From an uncultured Chloroflexia bacterium (GTDB lineage Bacteria; Chloroflexota; Dehalococcoidia; DSTF01; JALHUB01): 64,000 nt of DNA. Under the pieces are notes generated by a model. The model saw only the letters and a program-made list of their open reading frames with translations. It ran no database searches and was not told where the DNA came from. Made by a program: the position numbers and the translations under genes. Every line of letters begins with the position of its first letter. Position 1 is the first letter of the stretch. This document shows positions 45,995-57,943 of the stretch, piece after piece. The DNA lies in the NCBI GenBank assembly GCA_963703345.1, contig OY969814.1:800001-864000 (forward strand). Direction: 5' to 3'.

Positions 45995-47838
45995 GCGGTC
46001 GTGACGCCTCTTGTCTCCGCCAGCCGGGCCGCGCACGCCTCCGAGTACGCCTGCAGGCCGCAGACGTTGCAGCCCCCCAGGCGGCAATCGGGCGTAGGAT
46101 CGCCGTTCAACGCCCTGCGCCACTCTCCCCGCAGGAACGCCTCGCTGACGCCGCTGTCGAGATGTGACCAAGGCAGCACTTCGAACTCGTCGCGCGACCG
46201 CTGGGCGTAGAACTCGGCTGACAGCCCCGATTCCGCCAGCGCCGACCGCCAGGCGGCCACGTCGAGCAGCTCGTTCCAGGCGTCGAAGCGGGCGCCGCGC
46301 CGCCAGGCGCTCTCGATGACTTGAGTAAGCCGCCGGTCGCCCCGTGACAGCATCGCCTCGATCAGGCTTTGGTGCGGATCGTTCCAGGAGAAAGCAACGC
46401 CGAGCCGCTTGAGACCGCGTCGCAGAAGGCCGTGGCGGGCTTCGATCTCTTCGGCGGCCATCTGCGGCGCCCACTGGAAGGGCGTGTGCGGCTTGGGGAC
46501 AAAGATGGACGTGCTTACCTTTACTTGCGCTCGTCCGCCGTGCCACCGACGGCCCGCCTCCCGCACCGCCGCCGCCAGCTCGACGATGCCCTGCACGTCT
46601 TCCAGCGTCTCCGTCGGCAGACCGACCATGAAGTACAGCTTCACATTCGTCCAGCCGTGCTCGAACGCCGTCTCCACCGCCTGCAGGAGGTCGGCGTCCG
46701 TTGTCGGCTTGTTGATGACGTTTCGAAGCCGCTGGCTGCCGGCTTCCGGCGCGAAGGTGATGTTGCGGCGGCCCGGTCCCGAGGCGGACGCCGCCAGACG
46801 CACCGAAAAGCTGTCGACGCGCAGGCTGGGCAGGGCGATGGCGAGCCGCTCGCCGAACTCCCGACGCAGCGCCTCCACCATCGGGCCGATCTCCGAGTGA
46901 TCGGCGGTACTGAGGGACAGCAGCCCGAGCTCGTCATAGCCGGTGGCGGCCAGGATTGCCCGCGCGGCGTCCAGCACCTCGTCGCAGGAGCGCTCGCGAC
47001 GCGGCCGATAGATGACGCCAGCCTGGCAGAAGCGACAGCCGCGAACGCAGCCGCGCTGGATCTCCACGGCGGCGCGGTCGTGCACCGTCTGCACGAAGGG
47101 GACGATCGGTCGCGGCGGCGGCGGCGAGAGTCGCGCCAAGAAGCGGCGTCTCACCTTCGCCGGCGCGCCTTCCCGCGGGCGAATCGCTTTCACCGTGCCG
47201 TCGCTGTTGTAGGCGACGTCGTAGAGGCCGGGGACGTAGACGCCCGGAATCTGCGAGAGCTTTCGGAGGAGGTCTGCTCGCTGCCGGTTTGGCGACGCCT
47301 TCTCCTGCCGCAGCACGTCGGCGATCTCGAGCACCGCTTCTTCGCCTTCGCCGAGCACGAAGGCGTCGATGAAGGCGGACAGCGGCTCCGGATTGAGCGC
47401 GGCCGTTCCGCCGGCGAGCACCAGCGGATGGCCTGACGTTCGGTCGGCGCTGCGCAGCGGCACGCCGGCGAGGTCGAGCATGTTGAGGACGTTGGTGTAG
47501 GTGAGCTCGTAGCCGAGCGAGAAGCCGATGGCGTCGAACTCGGCCAGGGGATGACGCGTTTCCAGGCTGAAGAGCGGAAGGCCCCGCGCCCGAAGCTCCT
47601 TCTCCATGTCCGGCCAGGGCGCGTAGACGCGCTCCGCCAGCACGTCCGGCAGGCCGTTCAGGACGTCGTAGAGGATAGCGATGCCAAGGTTGGACATGCC
47701 GACCTCATAGGCATCGGGGTAGGCGAGGGCTAGACGCAGGGGAGTAGCGTCCCAGTCCTTGACCACGGCGTTCCACTCGCCTCCGGAGTAGCGAGCGGGC
47801 CGGCTGACGTTCTTGAGGATGGAGTCGAAGTCCAGCAT
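45991..47838 (-). CDS. B12-binding-type radical SAM protein (TIGR03960-like)
   Basis: PARY.GGE.N, PD.YEVGMSNLG, CVRGCRFC, FAPEAG, PKPHTPFQW, C-terminal CxxxxCxxC. Confidence 0.9.
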   Translation of the reverse strand: MLDFDSILKNVSRPARYSGGEWNAVVKDWDATPLRLALAYPDAYEVGMSNLGIAILYDVLNGLPDVLAERVYAPWPDMEKELRARGLPLFSLETRHPLAEFDAIGFSLGYELTYTNVLNMLDLAGVPLRSADRTSGHPLVLAGGTAALNPEPLSAFIDAFVLGEGEEAVLEIADVLRQEKASPNRQRADLLRKLSQIPGVYVPGLYDVAYNSDGTVKAIRPREGAPAKVRRRFLARLSPPPPRPIVPFVQTVHDRAAVEIQRGCVRGCRFCQAGVIYRPRRERSCDEVLDAARAILAATGYDELGLLSLSTADHSEIGPMVEALRREFGERLAIALPSLRVDSFSVRLAASASGPGRRNITFAPEAGSQRLRNVINKPTTDADLLQAVETAFEHGWTNVKLYFMVGLPTETLEDVQGIVELAAAVREAGRRWHGGRAQVKVSTSIFVPKPHTPFQWAPQMAAEEIEARHGLLRRGLKRLGVAFSWNDPHQSLIEAMLSRGDRRLTQVIESAWRRGARFDAWNELLDVAAWRSALAESGLSAEFYAQRSRDEFEVLPWSHLDSGVSEAFLRGEWRRALNGDPTPDCRLGGCNVCGLQAYSEACAARLAETRGVTTA

Positions 47839-47952
47839 AGGGGCCTTTCGGCGATTGCGAGGCTATGGAGATCATACCTGAAGCGTCGTCGCGCCCGCAA
47901 TTTCGATTCGCGCCGGGGCCCCTCTGCCCGCAGGAATAGGGGAAATCCTTGC

Positions 47953-48114
47953 TTTACGGGGCGCTGCTGCGCCTGCTATTATTTATGCTATGGAAAGTTA
48001 TATTTCATAGGCCGGGTTCGATGTTGTTCGCCCCAGGCTACGTCGCCTTCCCTTGGGTCGGAAGGGTCTTTGCTTTCGTGAAGAGCGTGCTGAAGTGCGC
48101 TCTTTTCGTTTTCT
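47953..48114 (+). promoter_or_regulatory. Promoter plus structured leader/attenuator (or sRNA) upstream of the PIN-TRAM gene
   Basis: TTTACG-18-TATTAT. Hairpins at 47988-48010 and 48046-48065, and a terminator-like stem 48081-48104 followed by TTCGTTTTCT. Confidence 0.5.
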
Positions 48115-48135
48115 CCTGGGAGGGGAGTGATCGAT

Positions 48136-49188
48136 ATGAAAGTGCTCTTATTCCGGGGAATGGGAGCTCTTCTCCTCGGCGGGGGCGGCTTCGGGCTTGG
48201 CCGTCTCGTGACCGCAGGAGAGAGCGGCCCGACAAAGCTGGCGATTTCGCTGGCGTTGCTCGCGTTGGGGGCGATTCTGGGGGCAGGCATATTCCCAATT
48301 ATCTTCCTTGTGCCGATGAGAAAAGCGCGACGTTACTGGAGACGCGTTTCCCTGCCGCAGGTCGGTCTGGCGACGCTGGGTCTGACTTCCGGTCTCATCG
48401 TGTCCGTGCTGCTGGTGCCCGCCTTTTCGCGCCTCCCTGATCCGGCCGACTGGATTGCGCCGCTCGTCACAGCGTTCATCGCCGGCGGCTGCGGTCTGCT
48501 CCTGTTTGCCGGTCGCGCCGACGAGCTCTCGGCGCTGCTTGGAAGCCGGCCGAAGAACGGCTGGAATGGCTACGGCGGCAAGAGCTGGAGCAAGGGGCAG
48601 CGGTTCCTGGTCAACACGAGCGCCGTCATTGACGGCCGTATCGCTGACGTCTCGGAGGCCGGCTTCATCCAGGGCACGCTCGTCTTGCCGCGCTTCGTCC
48701 TCGATGAGCTGCGCCACATCGCCGACTCCCCAGACGCTCTTCGACGCAACCGGGGCCGTCGCGGCCTCGACGTCCTCAATCGCCTTCAGAAGGAGTCGCC
48801 GGTACCGATAGAGATCACAGATAGGGACTTCGAAGACGTGTCGGAGGTCGATAGCAAGCTGGTGCGGATGGCTTCGCTCCTGGGCTGCCCGATCATTACC
48901 AACGATTTCAATCTGAACCGGGTGGCCGAGATCGAGGGTGTGTCCGTCTTGAACGTCAACCAGCTTGCCAACGCCGTCAAGTCCGTTGTCCTGCCCGGCG
49001 AAGAGATGGCGATTCGCGTAATCCAGGAAGGCAAGGAGGTGGGCCAGGGGGTCGGCTTTCTGGACGATGGGACGATGGTAGTGGTGGAAGGCGGACGCCG
49101 CCGTCTGAACGAGGAGATCGAGATCGTCGTCACGCGCGTGTTGCAGACCGTGGCGGGGAGGATGATCTTCGCTCAGCCGAAGGGGTAA
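48136..49188 (+). CDS. Membrane PIN/TRAM-domain protein (YacL-like)
   Basis: N-terminal TMs, (N)TS..IDGRI, RGRRGL, TNDFNL, GFLDDGTMVVVE; upstream of ispDF. Confidence 0.92.
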   Translation: MKVLLFRGMGALLLGGGGFGLGRLVTAGESGPTKLAISLALLALGAILGAGIFPIIFLVPMRKARRYWRRVSLPQVGLATLGLTSGLIVSVLLVPAFSRLPDPADWIAPLVTAFIAGGCGLLLFAGRADELSALLGSRPKNGWNGYGGKSWSKGQRFLVNTSAVIDGRIADVSEAGFIQGTLVLPRFVLDELRHIADSPDALRRNRGRRGLDVLNRLQKESPVPIEITDRDFEDVSEVDSKLVRMASLLGCPIITNDFNLNRVAEIEGVSVLNVNQLANAVKSVVLPGEEMAIRVIQEGKEVGQGVGFLDDGTMVVVEGGRRRLNEEIEIVVTRVLQTVAGRMIFAQPKG

Positions 49189-49197
49189 GATTTAAGC

Positions 49198-49908
49198 ATG
49201 TCGGACGAACCCGAAGTCGCGACCCCAGCGAAAAAGGGAGTCGGCGCCATAATTGTGGCGGCCGGCCGAAGCCTGCGCATGGGCAGCGACAAGATCTGGG
49301 TTTCCGTGGGCGGCAGGCCGCTGCTGGCCCATACCATCTCCATGTTCCAGTTCTGCTCGGCGGTCGACAAGATCGTGCTCGTGCTCTCCTCGGACCGGCA
49401 GAAGCTGGGGCTATCGCTCGTCAAGGGCGCTCACTTTGGCAAGGTCACGGAGATCTGCTTCGGCGGCGAGGAGCGACAGCAGTCGGTGCGCGCCGGACTT
49501 GAGGCTCTCGGCCCCTGTGAATGGGTGATCGTGCACGACGGAGCGCGCCCCCTGGTCACGGCGAAGCTAATCGAGCAAGGGCTGGCCGCCGCCCGCAAGA
49601 CTGGCGCGGCCGCCTGCGGCGTGCCCGTCCACGACACGCTCAAGCTCGTGAACGAGCAGGAGATCGTCGAGAAGAGCCTGGACCGCAACGGCCTCTGGCT
49701 AATCCAGACGCCGCAGGTCTTCCGCTACGACATACTGATGGAGGCGCATCGCAAGGCGGACGGCCGGTTCGCAGGTGACGACGCCGCGCTCGTAGAGCGG
49801 CTGGGCTACCAGGTCAAGATATTCATGGGCTCGCACCACAACATCAAGGTCACCACGCCTGAGGATCTCGTGCTGGCGCAGATGCTGTTGAGATGGCATC
49901 GGATGTAG
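49198..49908 (+). CDS. ispD: 2-C-methyl-D-erythritol 4-phosphate cytidylyltransferase
   Basis: AAG.S.RMG..K, VHDGARP, QTPQ.F, NIKVTTPEDL. Confidence 0.95.
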   Translation: MSDEPEVATPAKKGVGAIIVAAGRSLRMGSDKIWVSVGGRPLLAHTISMFQFCSAVDKIVLVLSSDRQKLGLSLVKGAHFGKVTEICFGGEERQQSVRAGLEALGPCEWVIVHDGARPLVTAKLIEQGLAAARKTGAAACGVPVHDTLKLVNEQEIVEKSLDRNGLWLIQTPQVFRYDILMEAHRKADGRFAGDDAALVERLGYQVKIFMGSHHNIKVTTPEDLVLAQMLLRWHRM

Positions 49909-49909
49909 C

Positions 49910-50377
49910 ATGAGGGTCGGCATCGGCTACGACGTTCATCCATTCGACGAAGCGCGGCCGCTCATTCTGGGCGGCGTTCGAATCGAAGGATCGCCGGGCC
50001 TGAACGGCTACAGCGATGCGGACGTCCTCCTGCACGCCCTCATCGACGCGCTGCTGGGCGCCGCCGGCCTGGACGACATCGGCAGGCATTTTCCGCCGGG
50101 CGATCCGGCGTACAAAGACATCGATAGCCGGGAGCTGCTGCGGCGAACGCGGGAGCTGCTAACGAAGAGCGGCCACAGCGTCGGGAACATCGACGCGACG
50201 GTGATCGCCGAGGCGCCGCGGCTGGGGCCGCACATACCGTCGATGCGGAGGACAATCGCCGCCGTCCTGGAGATCGATGAATCGCGCGTGAACCTGAAGG
50301 CGACCACCCACGAAGGGTTGGGGGCGATAGGCCGGGGCGAAGGGATTGCCGCGATGGCTGTCGCCTTGATAGAGTAG
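49910..50377 (+). CDS. ispF: MECDP synthase
   Basis: GIGYDVH, SDADV..H...DA, DIG.HFP, KATT.E.LG. Confidence 0.95.
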   Translation: MRVGIGYDVHPFDEARPLILGGVRIEGSPGLNGYSDADVLLHALIDALLGAAGLDDIGRHFPPGDPAYKDIDSRELLRRTRELLTKSGHSVGNIDATVIAEAPRLGPHIPSMRRTIAAVLEIDESRVNLKATTHEGLGAIGRGEGIAAMAVALIE

Positions 50378-50558
50378 AAGCAGTGGACGCTAATTCCTCA
50401 CAGAAAGCGGTCCGAAAGCCGGACCTGCCGCGCTGGCCCTCGCAGAAGGGCGGGAGATGCCGCTGCGTCTGTAGCAGCGGGCGATCGCGCTGAGCGACGC
50501 CCGAAACGGCACGGCTCGCACCCGCGGGCCTATCTTCTGAATCGAAATCGAGGGCAAG

Positions 50559-51239
50559 ATGAAAGTCTTACAAAGCATACTTCGTGACATCCAGACGGCC
50601 AGGCGTAAAGACCCGGCGGCGACGAGCAATCTGGAAGTCGTCCTGGCTTACCCCGGCTTCCACGCCCGCCAGTTCCATCGGCTGGCGCACACGCTCTATA
50701 ACCGGCACGTTCCGCTGGCGCCGCGACTCATCTCGCAGGCCGGCCGCTTCCTGACGGGCATCGAGATACACCCGGGCGCCAGGATCGGCGAAGGGCTGTT
50801 CATCGACCACGGCATGGGTACGGTCATCGGCGAGACGACGGAGATCGGCGACGACTGCCATCTCTACCAGGGCGTGACGCTGGGCGGGACCAGCACGAAG
50901 CGGGAGAAGCGGCACCCGACGCTGCGCAACAACGTCGTCGTCGGCGCGGGCGCGGGGCTGATAGGCGCGATAGAGATAGGCGAGAACGCTCGCATCGGCG
51001 CCGGCTCCGTCGTGGTGACCAACGTTCCCGCGAACGCCACCGTCGTCGGCGTCCCGGGACACATCGTGGCCTTCCAGGAGCCCGGCGACGACACCGTGGT
51101 GCACCTTCCCGACCCGGAGTGGGACCGCCTCCAGGCGCTGGAAGAGCGTGTCGACCGCCTGGAGAAACGCCTGCTCTCCACCGACGGGCAATCGCCGGAC
51201 ACAACCGAAATCAGGGCCAGCGAGGAAAGCGAAGCATGA
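50559..51239 (+). CDS. cysE: Serine O-acetyltransferase
   Basis: [24 protein letters not shown], hexapeptide repeats. Confidence 0.95.
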   Translation: MKVLQSILRDIQTARRKDPAATSNLEVVLAYPGFHARQFHRLAHTLYNRHVPLAPRLISQAGRFLTGIEIHPGARIGEGLFIDHGMGTVIGETTEIGDDCHLYQGVTLGGTSTKREKRHPTLRNNVVVGAGAGLIGAIEIGENARIGAGSVVVTNVPANATVVGVPGHIVAFQEPGDDTVVHLPDPEWDRLQALEERVDRLEKRLLSTDGQSPDTTEIRASEESEA

Positions 51240-52597
51240 GGCTGTACAACACGCTGACGGGCCAGGAAGAGGAATTCGCGCCCTCCGACGACACGGTGAA
51301 AATGTATGTCTGCGGTCCCAACCTCTACGCGCCCTGCCACGTGGGGCACGCCATGAGCTACGTCGTCTTCGACGTGCTGCGGCGCTACCTGGAGTGGCGC
51401 GGCTACAAAGTGCGCCACGTCCAGAACTTCACCGACATCGAGGACAAGATCATCGCCCGGGCGCAGGCGACGGGCGTCTCGACGGAGGAGCTGTCGCGGC
51501 AGTACGTCGACCGCTTCTTCGCCGATATGGACCGGCTTCGCATCCAGCGGGCGCACGTCTACCCCCTGGCGACGCATGAGATACCCGGCATGATCGAGAT
51601 GGTCCAGGGACTCATCGCCAGGGGGCACGCCTATCCCGTTGACGGCGACGTCTATTTCCGCGTCCGGAGCGATCCGGAGTACGGCAAGCTTTCCGGCCGC
51701 TCGCTGGACGACCTCCAGGCCGGCGCCCGCATCGAGATCGACGAGCGCAAGGAGCACCCGATGGACTTCGCGCTCTGGAAGGCGTCGAAGGAAGGCGAGC
51801 CGTCCTGGGACAGCCCGTGGGGGCCGGGCCGCCCGGGCTGGCACATCGAGTGCTCCGTCATGTCACTACGCTACCTGGGGAAGCTGGACATCCACGGCGG
51901 CGGCCAGGACCTCATCTTCCCGCATCACGAGAACGAGCTGGCGCAATCGGAGTGCTACACGGGTGTGAAGCCGTTCGTGCGCTTCTGGGTGCACAACGGC
52001 CTGGCCCGCCTGAGCGAAGGCGAGGAGAAGATGACGCGCTCGCTCGGCAATCTCGTCGCCATCAGCGACGCCCTCGACCGGCACGGCGCCGACACGCTCC
52101 GGCTGTTCATCCTTAGCTCCAACTATCGCAGCCCGCTCACCTATGCGGACGAGGCGCTGGCCGCGGCGAGACGCGGCGTCGAGCGGCTGCGGACGGCGGC
52201 GCATGCTGCCTCGCCGGATGGCGGCGAGGCGCTGGACGCGACATCGTTCCGGGAGCGCTTCACCGAGCAGATGGAGAACGACCTCAACACCGCGCAGGCG
52301 GTGGCAGCGCTATTCGACCTGGCGCGCGAGATCAATCGCGCCCGCGACGAGGGGCGGAGCATTCGCGAGGCCCAGTCGACGCTGTTGGAGCTGGCGGGCA
52401 TCTTCGGGCTGGCGCTGGAAGAGGAGGAGACGGCGGTTCCCGCGGCGCCCTTCATCGAGCTGCTAATCGGGACCCGCGAGAAGCTGCGGGAGGCGAAGCA
52501 GTTCGCCCTGGCGGACGAGATTCGCGGCCGTCTGGAGGCGCTGGGCATCGTGCTGGAGGACGGCCGTGAGGGCACCACCTGGAAACGCAAGGATTGA
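51236..52597 (+). CDS. cysS: Cysteine--tRNA ligase
   Basis: [45 protein letters not shown]. Confidence 0.96.
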   Translation: MRLYNTLTGQEEEFAPSDDTVKMYVCGPNLYAPCHVGHAMSYVVFDVLRRYLEWRGYKVRHVQNFTDIEDKIIARAQATGVSTEELSRQYVDRFFADMDRLRIQRAHVYPLATHEIPGMIEMVQGLIARGHAYPVDGDVYFRVRSDPEYGKLSGRSLDDLQAGARIEIDERKEHPMDFALWKASKEGEPSWDSPWGPGRPGWHIECSVMSLRYLGKLDIHGGGQDLIFPHHENELAQSECYTGVKPFVRFWVHNGLARLSEGEEKMTRSLGNLVAISDALDRHGADTLRLFILSSNYRSPLTYADEALAAARRGVERLRTAAHAASPDGGEALDATSFRERFTEQMENDLNTAQAVAALFDLAREINRARDEGRSIREAQSTLLELAGIFGLALEEEETAVPAAPFIELLIGTREKLREAKQFALADEIRGRLEALGIVLEDGREGTTWKRKD

Positions 52598-52705
52598 CTT
52601 AGGCGGTAGCAATCCCTATACTTACGTATGCTAAGAGCCCCGATTGTCGGGGGCCTACTTTTGTTACGCCCGAAAGGGATTGGGCCCTTGGGTGGAGCGC
52701 AGCAA

Positions 52706-52781
52706 GCCCGAGTGGCGCAATGGTAGCGCAACCGACTTGTAATCGGTAGGTTGGTGGGTTCGAATCCCCCCTCGGGCTCCA
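52706..52781 (+). tRNA. tRNA-Thr(TGT)
   Basis: GCCCGAG/CTCGGGC acceptor stem, ACCGA-CTTGTAA-TCGGT, TTCGAAT, encoded CCA; T-stem has one mismatch or bulge. Confidence 0.95.
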
Positions 52782-52794
52782 GCTTTATGCCGAC

Positions 52795-52882
52795 GGAGGG
52801 GTGGGTGAGCGGCTAAAACCGGCGGTCTGTAAAATCGCTGCCTTGACAGGCTACGCAGGTTCGAATCCTGCCCCCTCCACCA
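52795..52882 (+). tRNA. tRNA-Tyr(GTA)
   Basis: GGAGGGG/CCCCTCC acceptor stem, CTGTAAA loop, long variable arm, encoded CCA. Confidence 0.96.
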
Positions 52883-52976
52883 CTCAAAGGCTCAAACGGA
52901 AACCGAAGAACGAAGCACCGGACCAGGGGAGCGGCAGGGACGCAGGAACGCTGCGCAAGCCGCCGATAGTTCAGGT

Positions 52977-53052
52977 GCCCACATAGCTCAGCAGGTAGAG
53001 CACGTTCTTGGTAAGAACGGGGTCCTCGGTTCGAGTCCGAGTGTGGGCTCCA
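52977..53052 (+). tRNA. tRNA-Thr(GGT)
   Basis: GCCCACA/TGTGGGC acceptor stem, TTGGTAA loop, TTCGAGT, encoded CCA. Confidence 0.96.
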
Positions 53053-53075
53053 TAATCTAGGAGGAATAAAGCGAC

Positions 53076-54275
<1,200 letters not shown>

Positions 54276-54312
54276 GAGAGGAAGAGGGCGGCAAGCCCGG
54301 GTCAAGAGGTAG

Positions 54313-54477
54313 ATGGCGAAAAAGGAAGAACGAGCAATCATCACCCTGGCGTGCACAGAGTGCCGGGAGCGGAATTACGTAACTGAGAAGAACCGGCGCA
54401 ACGACTCCGAACGTATCGAGCTGCGTAAGTACTGCCCGCGCTGCCGCGTCCATCGCGCGCACCGTGAGGTCAGGTAA
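54313..54477 (+). CDS. rpmG: 50S ribosomal protein L33 (zinc-ribbon type); not in the ORF track
   Basis: [54 protein letters not shown]. Confidence 0.96.
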   Translation: MAKKEERAIITLACTECRERNYVTEKNRRNDSERIELRKYCPRCRVHRAHREVR

Positions 54478-54533
54478 GTGGGTGCTGTCCGGATGCGAGC
54501 GGTACGGGGCGAAGGGCGTGGGAGGCGAAGATC

Positions 54534-54836
54534 ATGAGTCGTGCGCTTAGACGGCATCCTGTCGTTAGCAAACCGTCAAAGAAGGCGCCTCCTCTGCGGG
54601 CGCAGCGGCCACCGAAGGGCGGCGCGCCCACGCGCACTCGTCAGGGCTGGCGTCGCTTCCTCCCCCGTTGGGTCGAGGAGATTGTCAGCGAGCTGCGCAA
54701 GGTCACCTGGCCGACGCGTCGGGAGACCATAAACCTGACGCTGGTCGTCCTCGTCGTGTCGGCGGCCGTCGGCGGTTTGCTGGGCGGAATCGACATCCTC
54801 TTTAACTGGTTCATGAGCAATACGATATTACGCTGA
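54534..54836 (+). CDS. secE: Preprotein translocase SecE
   Basis: ELRKVTWPT followed by a TM helix. Confidence 0.93.
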   Translation: MSRALRRHPVVSKPSKKAPPLRAQRPPKGGAPTRTRQGWRRFLPRWVEEIVSELRKVTWPTRRETINLTLVVLVVSAAVGGLLGGIDILFNWFMSNTILR

Positions 54837-54853
54837 CGGGGATAGGTTTTCGC

Positions 54854-55501
54854 GTGCCCAGAAAAAAGAAAGCAACAGCAGTCGTAGACGGCGAGAAGGC
54901 GAAGGGAGCGACGGCGGAGGCCCAGGCCCCCGAGGAGGATATCGCCGCCCCGGTAGAAGGCCGCGCCTGGTACGTCATCCATACCTACTCCGGCTACGAG
55001 AACAAAGTAAAGGCAAACCTGGAGCACCGTATCGACTCCATGGATGCGAAGGAGCTCGTCTTCCAGGTCATCGTACCGACGGAGGACGAGATCGAGATCC
55101 GCGACGGCCAGCGTCGCACAGTCGAGAAGAAGGTGTTCCCCGGCTACGTGCTGGTGAACATGATTGAGCTGCGCGACGACGATCCGGAGTCCAGCCGGGC
55201 CTGGTTTGTCGTGCGGAACACGCCGGGCGTCACCGGATTCGTCGGCTCCGGCGTCAAGCCGACGCCGCTGGAATCGAGCGAGGTGCGCAAGATCGTGCGC
55301 CAGATGCGCTCCGAGGAGCCGCGCGTCAAAGTCGGCTTCACCATCGGCCAGAGCGTGCATGTCATCGACGGTCCGTTCCTGGACTTCGTCGGCCAGGTCG
55401 ACGAGATAAACCTGGAGAAGGGCCGCGTGCGCGTGCTCGTGTCGTTCTTCGGTCGGGAGACGCCGGTGGAGCTCGATTTCCTCCAGGTCGAGAGGCTGTA
55501 G
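54854..55501 (+). CDS. nusG: Transcription termination/antitermination factor NusG
   Basis: [19 protein letters not shown] motif, FGRETPVEL. Confidence 0.97.
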   Translation: MPRKKKATAVVDGEKAKGATAEAQAPEEDIAAPVEGRAWYVIHTYSGYENKVKANLEHRIDSMDAKELVFQVIVPTEDEIEIRDGQRRTVEKKVFPGYVLVNMIELRDDDPESSRAWFVVRNTPGVTGFVGSGVKPTPLESSEVRKIVRQMRSEEPRVKVGFTIGQSVHVIDGPFLDFVGQVDEINLEKGRVRVLVSFFGRETPVELDFLQVERL

Positions 55502-55502
55502 A

Positions 55503-55925
55503 TTGGCAAAGAAGGTCCGCGCAATCGTCAAACTCCAGATCGAGGCCGGGAAAGCGAATCCCGCGCCGCCCGTTGGTCCGGCTTTGGGCCAGCACGGCGT
55601 CAACATCATGGCGTTCTGCAAGGACTATAACGAGAAGACGGCGTCGCAGGCGGGGACAATCGTTCCGGTCGAGATCACGGTCTTTGAGGACCGCTCTTTC
55701 ACCTACGTCCTGAAGACGCCGCCTGTGTCGGAGCTGTTGAAGAAGGCGCTGGGCATCGATAAGGGCAGCGCCACGCAGAAGCGGGAAAAAGTGGGCGAGA
55801 TTTCCCGCGACAAGGTCCGCGAAATCGCCCAGATCAAGCTCCGCGACCTGAACACGACGGACATCGAAGCGGCGATGCGTATGGTCGAAGGAACGGCCCG
55901 CAACATGGGAATAGAGGTCACGTAG
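55503..55925 (+). CDS. rplK: 50S ribosomal protein L11
   Basis: [18 protein letters not shown]. Confidence 0.97.
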   Translation: MAKKVRAIVKLQIEAGKANPAPPVGPALGQHGVNIMAFCKDYNEKTASQAGTIVPVEITVFEDRSFTYVLKTPPVSELLKKALGIDKGSATQKREKVGEISRDKVREIAQIKLRDLNTTDIEAAMRMVEGTARNMGIEVT

Positions 55926-56641
55926 TGGTAACCAAGGTAGGCAAGAAGCACCGTGAGGCGCTGACGCTGGTAGATCGCGAGACGACATACGCGCCGGCGG
56001 AGGCGATAGCGCTCGCTAAGAAAGCGGCCCACGCCCGTTTCGACGAGACGGTGGAGCTGCACGTTCGCACCGGCCTGGACGTTCGCCACGCCGACCAGCA
56101 ACTGCGCGGCTCCGTCCTGCTGCCGCATGGCCTGGGCAAGACCGTGCGCGTGCTGGTCTTCGCGGAAGGCGAAGCGGGGAAGCTGGCGCAGGAAGCCGGC
56201 GCGGACTTCGTCGGTGGCGACGAACTGATAAAGAAGGTCGAGGGCGGCTGGACGGACTTCGACGTCGCCCTCGCCCAGCGCGAGATGATGGGCAAGGTCG
56301 GGCGCCTTGGTCGCGTCCTCGGCCCGCGCGGCCTGATGCCCAACCCACGCTCCGGCACCGTCGTCGAGGAGCAGGACGTAGCGCGAGCGGTGCGCGATGC
56401 CCGTCAGGGGCGCGTCGAGTACCGGCTGGACCGCAGCGCCATCATCCACGTCCCTCTCGGCAAGATCGGCTTCGAGGAGCAGCAGTTGCTGGAGAACATG
56501 GCCGCGATGGTCGAGACGATCGTCAAGTCGCGGCCGGCGGGCGCCAAGGGCCAGTTCGTCCGCAGCGTCACCCTGACGACGACGATGGGTCCGGGGATCA
56601 GGCTAGAGCTCGGCTCGACGCTCGCTCTCACCACGTCGTAG
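55925..56641 (+). CDS. rplA: 50S ribosomal protein L1
   Basis: [28 protein letters not shown]. Confidence 0.97.
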   Translation: MVTKVGKKHREALTLVDRETTYAPAEAIALAKKAAHARFDETVELHVRTGLDVRHADQQLRGSVLLPHGLGKTVRVLVFAEGEAGKLAQEAGADFVGGDELIKKVEGGWTDFDVALAQREMMGKVGRLGRVLGPRGLMPNPRSGTVVEEQDVARAVRDARQGRVEYRLDRSAIIHVPLGKIGFEEQQLLENMAAMVETIVKSRPAGAKGQFVRSVTLTTTMGPGIRLELGSTLALTTS

Positions 56642-56694
56642 CATCGCGTGGCGCGGACATGTTGTCCGCGAAGTCGATCGAATATAGACTAAGC

Positions 56695-56830
56695 AATACG
56701 CCACAGACAGCGGGTCCCCTCCGGCGGAGGGGGTAAATGATTGCCCGCCGAGGCGAGCTCTAACGGTTGGGCGGAAACGTCCGGTCGGTGCGTGGCTCTT
56801 GTCTGTGGCGACAAGGGCCATTTTCGTTGC
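56695..56830 (+). promoter_or_regulatory. Ribosomal protein L10 leader
   Basis: CCACAGACAGCGGG...TAAAT...CCCGCCGAGG core upstream of rplJ. Confidence 0.75.
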
Positions 56831-56843
56831 CCGGGAGGGAAAG

Positions 56844-57401
56844 ATGCCGGCACCAAAGAAACTGCGAATCGTCGAAGAGCTGACGGAGCGGCTGACGCGC
56901 GCAACTATCGCTATCGGCGCTGCTTACCAGGGGCTGCGGGTCGCGGAGATGACCGTGCTGCGACGCCAGTTGCGGACCAGAGGCGTCGAGGTGAGGGTCA
57001 CGAAGAACACGTTGCTTCGCCTCGCGGCCACCGCGGCCGAGAAGCCGGAGATAGGCGACCTCGGCGAGGGCCCGACTGCCGTGATCATCGGCTACGGCGA
57101 CGCCGTCGAGGTGGCGAAGGCTGTGACGGAGTACGTGCAATCGGCGAAGAACGCTTTCTCGCCGCGTCGCGCCTTCGTCGAAGGCCGCTTGCTCTCGGCG
57201 CGGGAGATCGTCGAGCTTTCGACGCTGCCGCCGCGGCCCGTGCTTGCCGGCCAGATCGCTGGGGCGCTACGGTCGCCCGTATGGCGGCTGGCGCAGCTAC
57301 TGTCGGGCGCGCTCGTCCAGCCGACGACTCAGCTCCTCAACTCCCGTCTCGTCCAGTTCCAGGGCCTCCTCGATGCTCGCGCGCAGCAGTTGGAGGCCTG
57401 A
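56844..57401 (+). CDS. rplJ: 50S ribosomal protein L10
   Basis: YQGL.V..M..LR, KNTL, GPTA, LP motifs; ATG after GGGAGG. Confidence 0.94.
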   Translation: MPAPKKLRIVEELTERLTRATIAIGAAYQGLRVAEMTVLRRQLRTRGVEVRVTKNTLLRLAATAAEKPEIGDLGEGPTAVIIGYGDAVEVAKAVTEYVQSAKNAFSPRRAFVEGRLLSAREIVELSTLPPRPVLAGQIAGALRSPVWRLAQLLSGALVQPTTQLLNSRLVQFQGLLDARAQQLEA

Positions 57402-57449
57402 TCACCCTTATTCCATTCCTAACGGTAATCGCTTCGAAAGGAGATTCAG

Positions 57450-57872
57450 ATGCCAGCAGCAAAGACAGCCAAGAAGGACGGCGACCGCGTCGACCAGGCG
57501 TTCGACCTGATCAAGGAAATGACCATCCTTGAGCTGCGCGACCTGAACAAGCGCATTGAGGAGGAGTTCGGTGTCGTTGCCGCCGCGCCGGTCGCCATGG
57601 CGATGGCTCCGGCCGCCGGACCGGCCCCCGCCGCCGCGCCGGCCGAGGAAGTGGAGGAGCAGACCGAGTTCACGGTCGTCCTCAAGGACATGGGCGCGAA
57701 CAAGATCAACGTCATCAAGGCGGTCCGCGAAGTGACAACGCTTGGCCTCAAGGAGGCGAAGGACCTCGTCGAGAGCGCGCCGACGAACGTCAAAGAGGGC
57801 GTGAGCAAGGAAGAGGCGGAGGTCGCGGTCAACAAGCTGAAGGATGCCGGCGCCACCGTCGAGCTAAAGTAG
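57450..57872 (+). CDS. rplL: 50S ribosomal protein L7/L12
   Basis: [32 protein letters not shown]. Confidence 0.97.
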   Translation: MPAAKTAKKDGDRVDQAFDLIKEMTILELRDLNKRIEEEFGVVAAAPVAMAMAPAAGPAPAAAPAEEVEEQTEFTVVLKDMGANKINVIKAVREVTTLGLKEAKDLVESAPTNVKEGVSKEEAEVAVNKLKDAGATVELK

Positions 57873-57943
57873 TCATTTTTCTCCAGCGAAAATAGCGCAG
57901 GCGTCTGGCGGAAGAGCCGGAAAACTGCTATATTTCCCGTTGC

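Noticed and set aside
50378-50558. Possible T-box or SAM riboswitch upstream of cysE-cysS
   Set aside because: Several GC hairpins and a TGC triplet are present, but there is no GGTGGNACC T-box bulge, no SAM-I core and no U-tract terminator.
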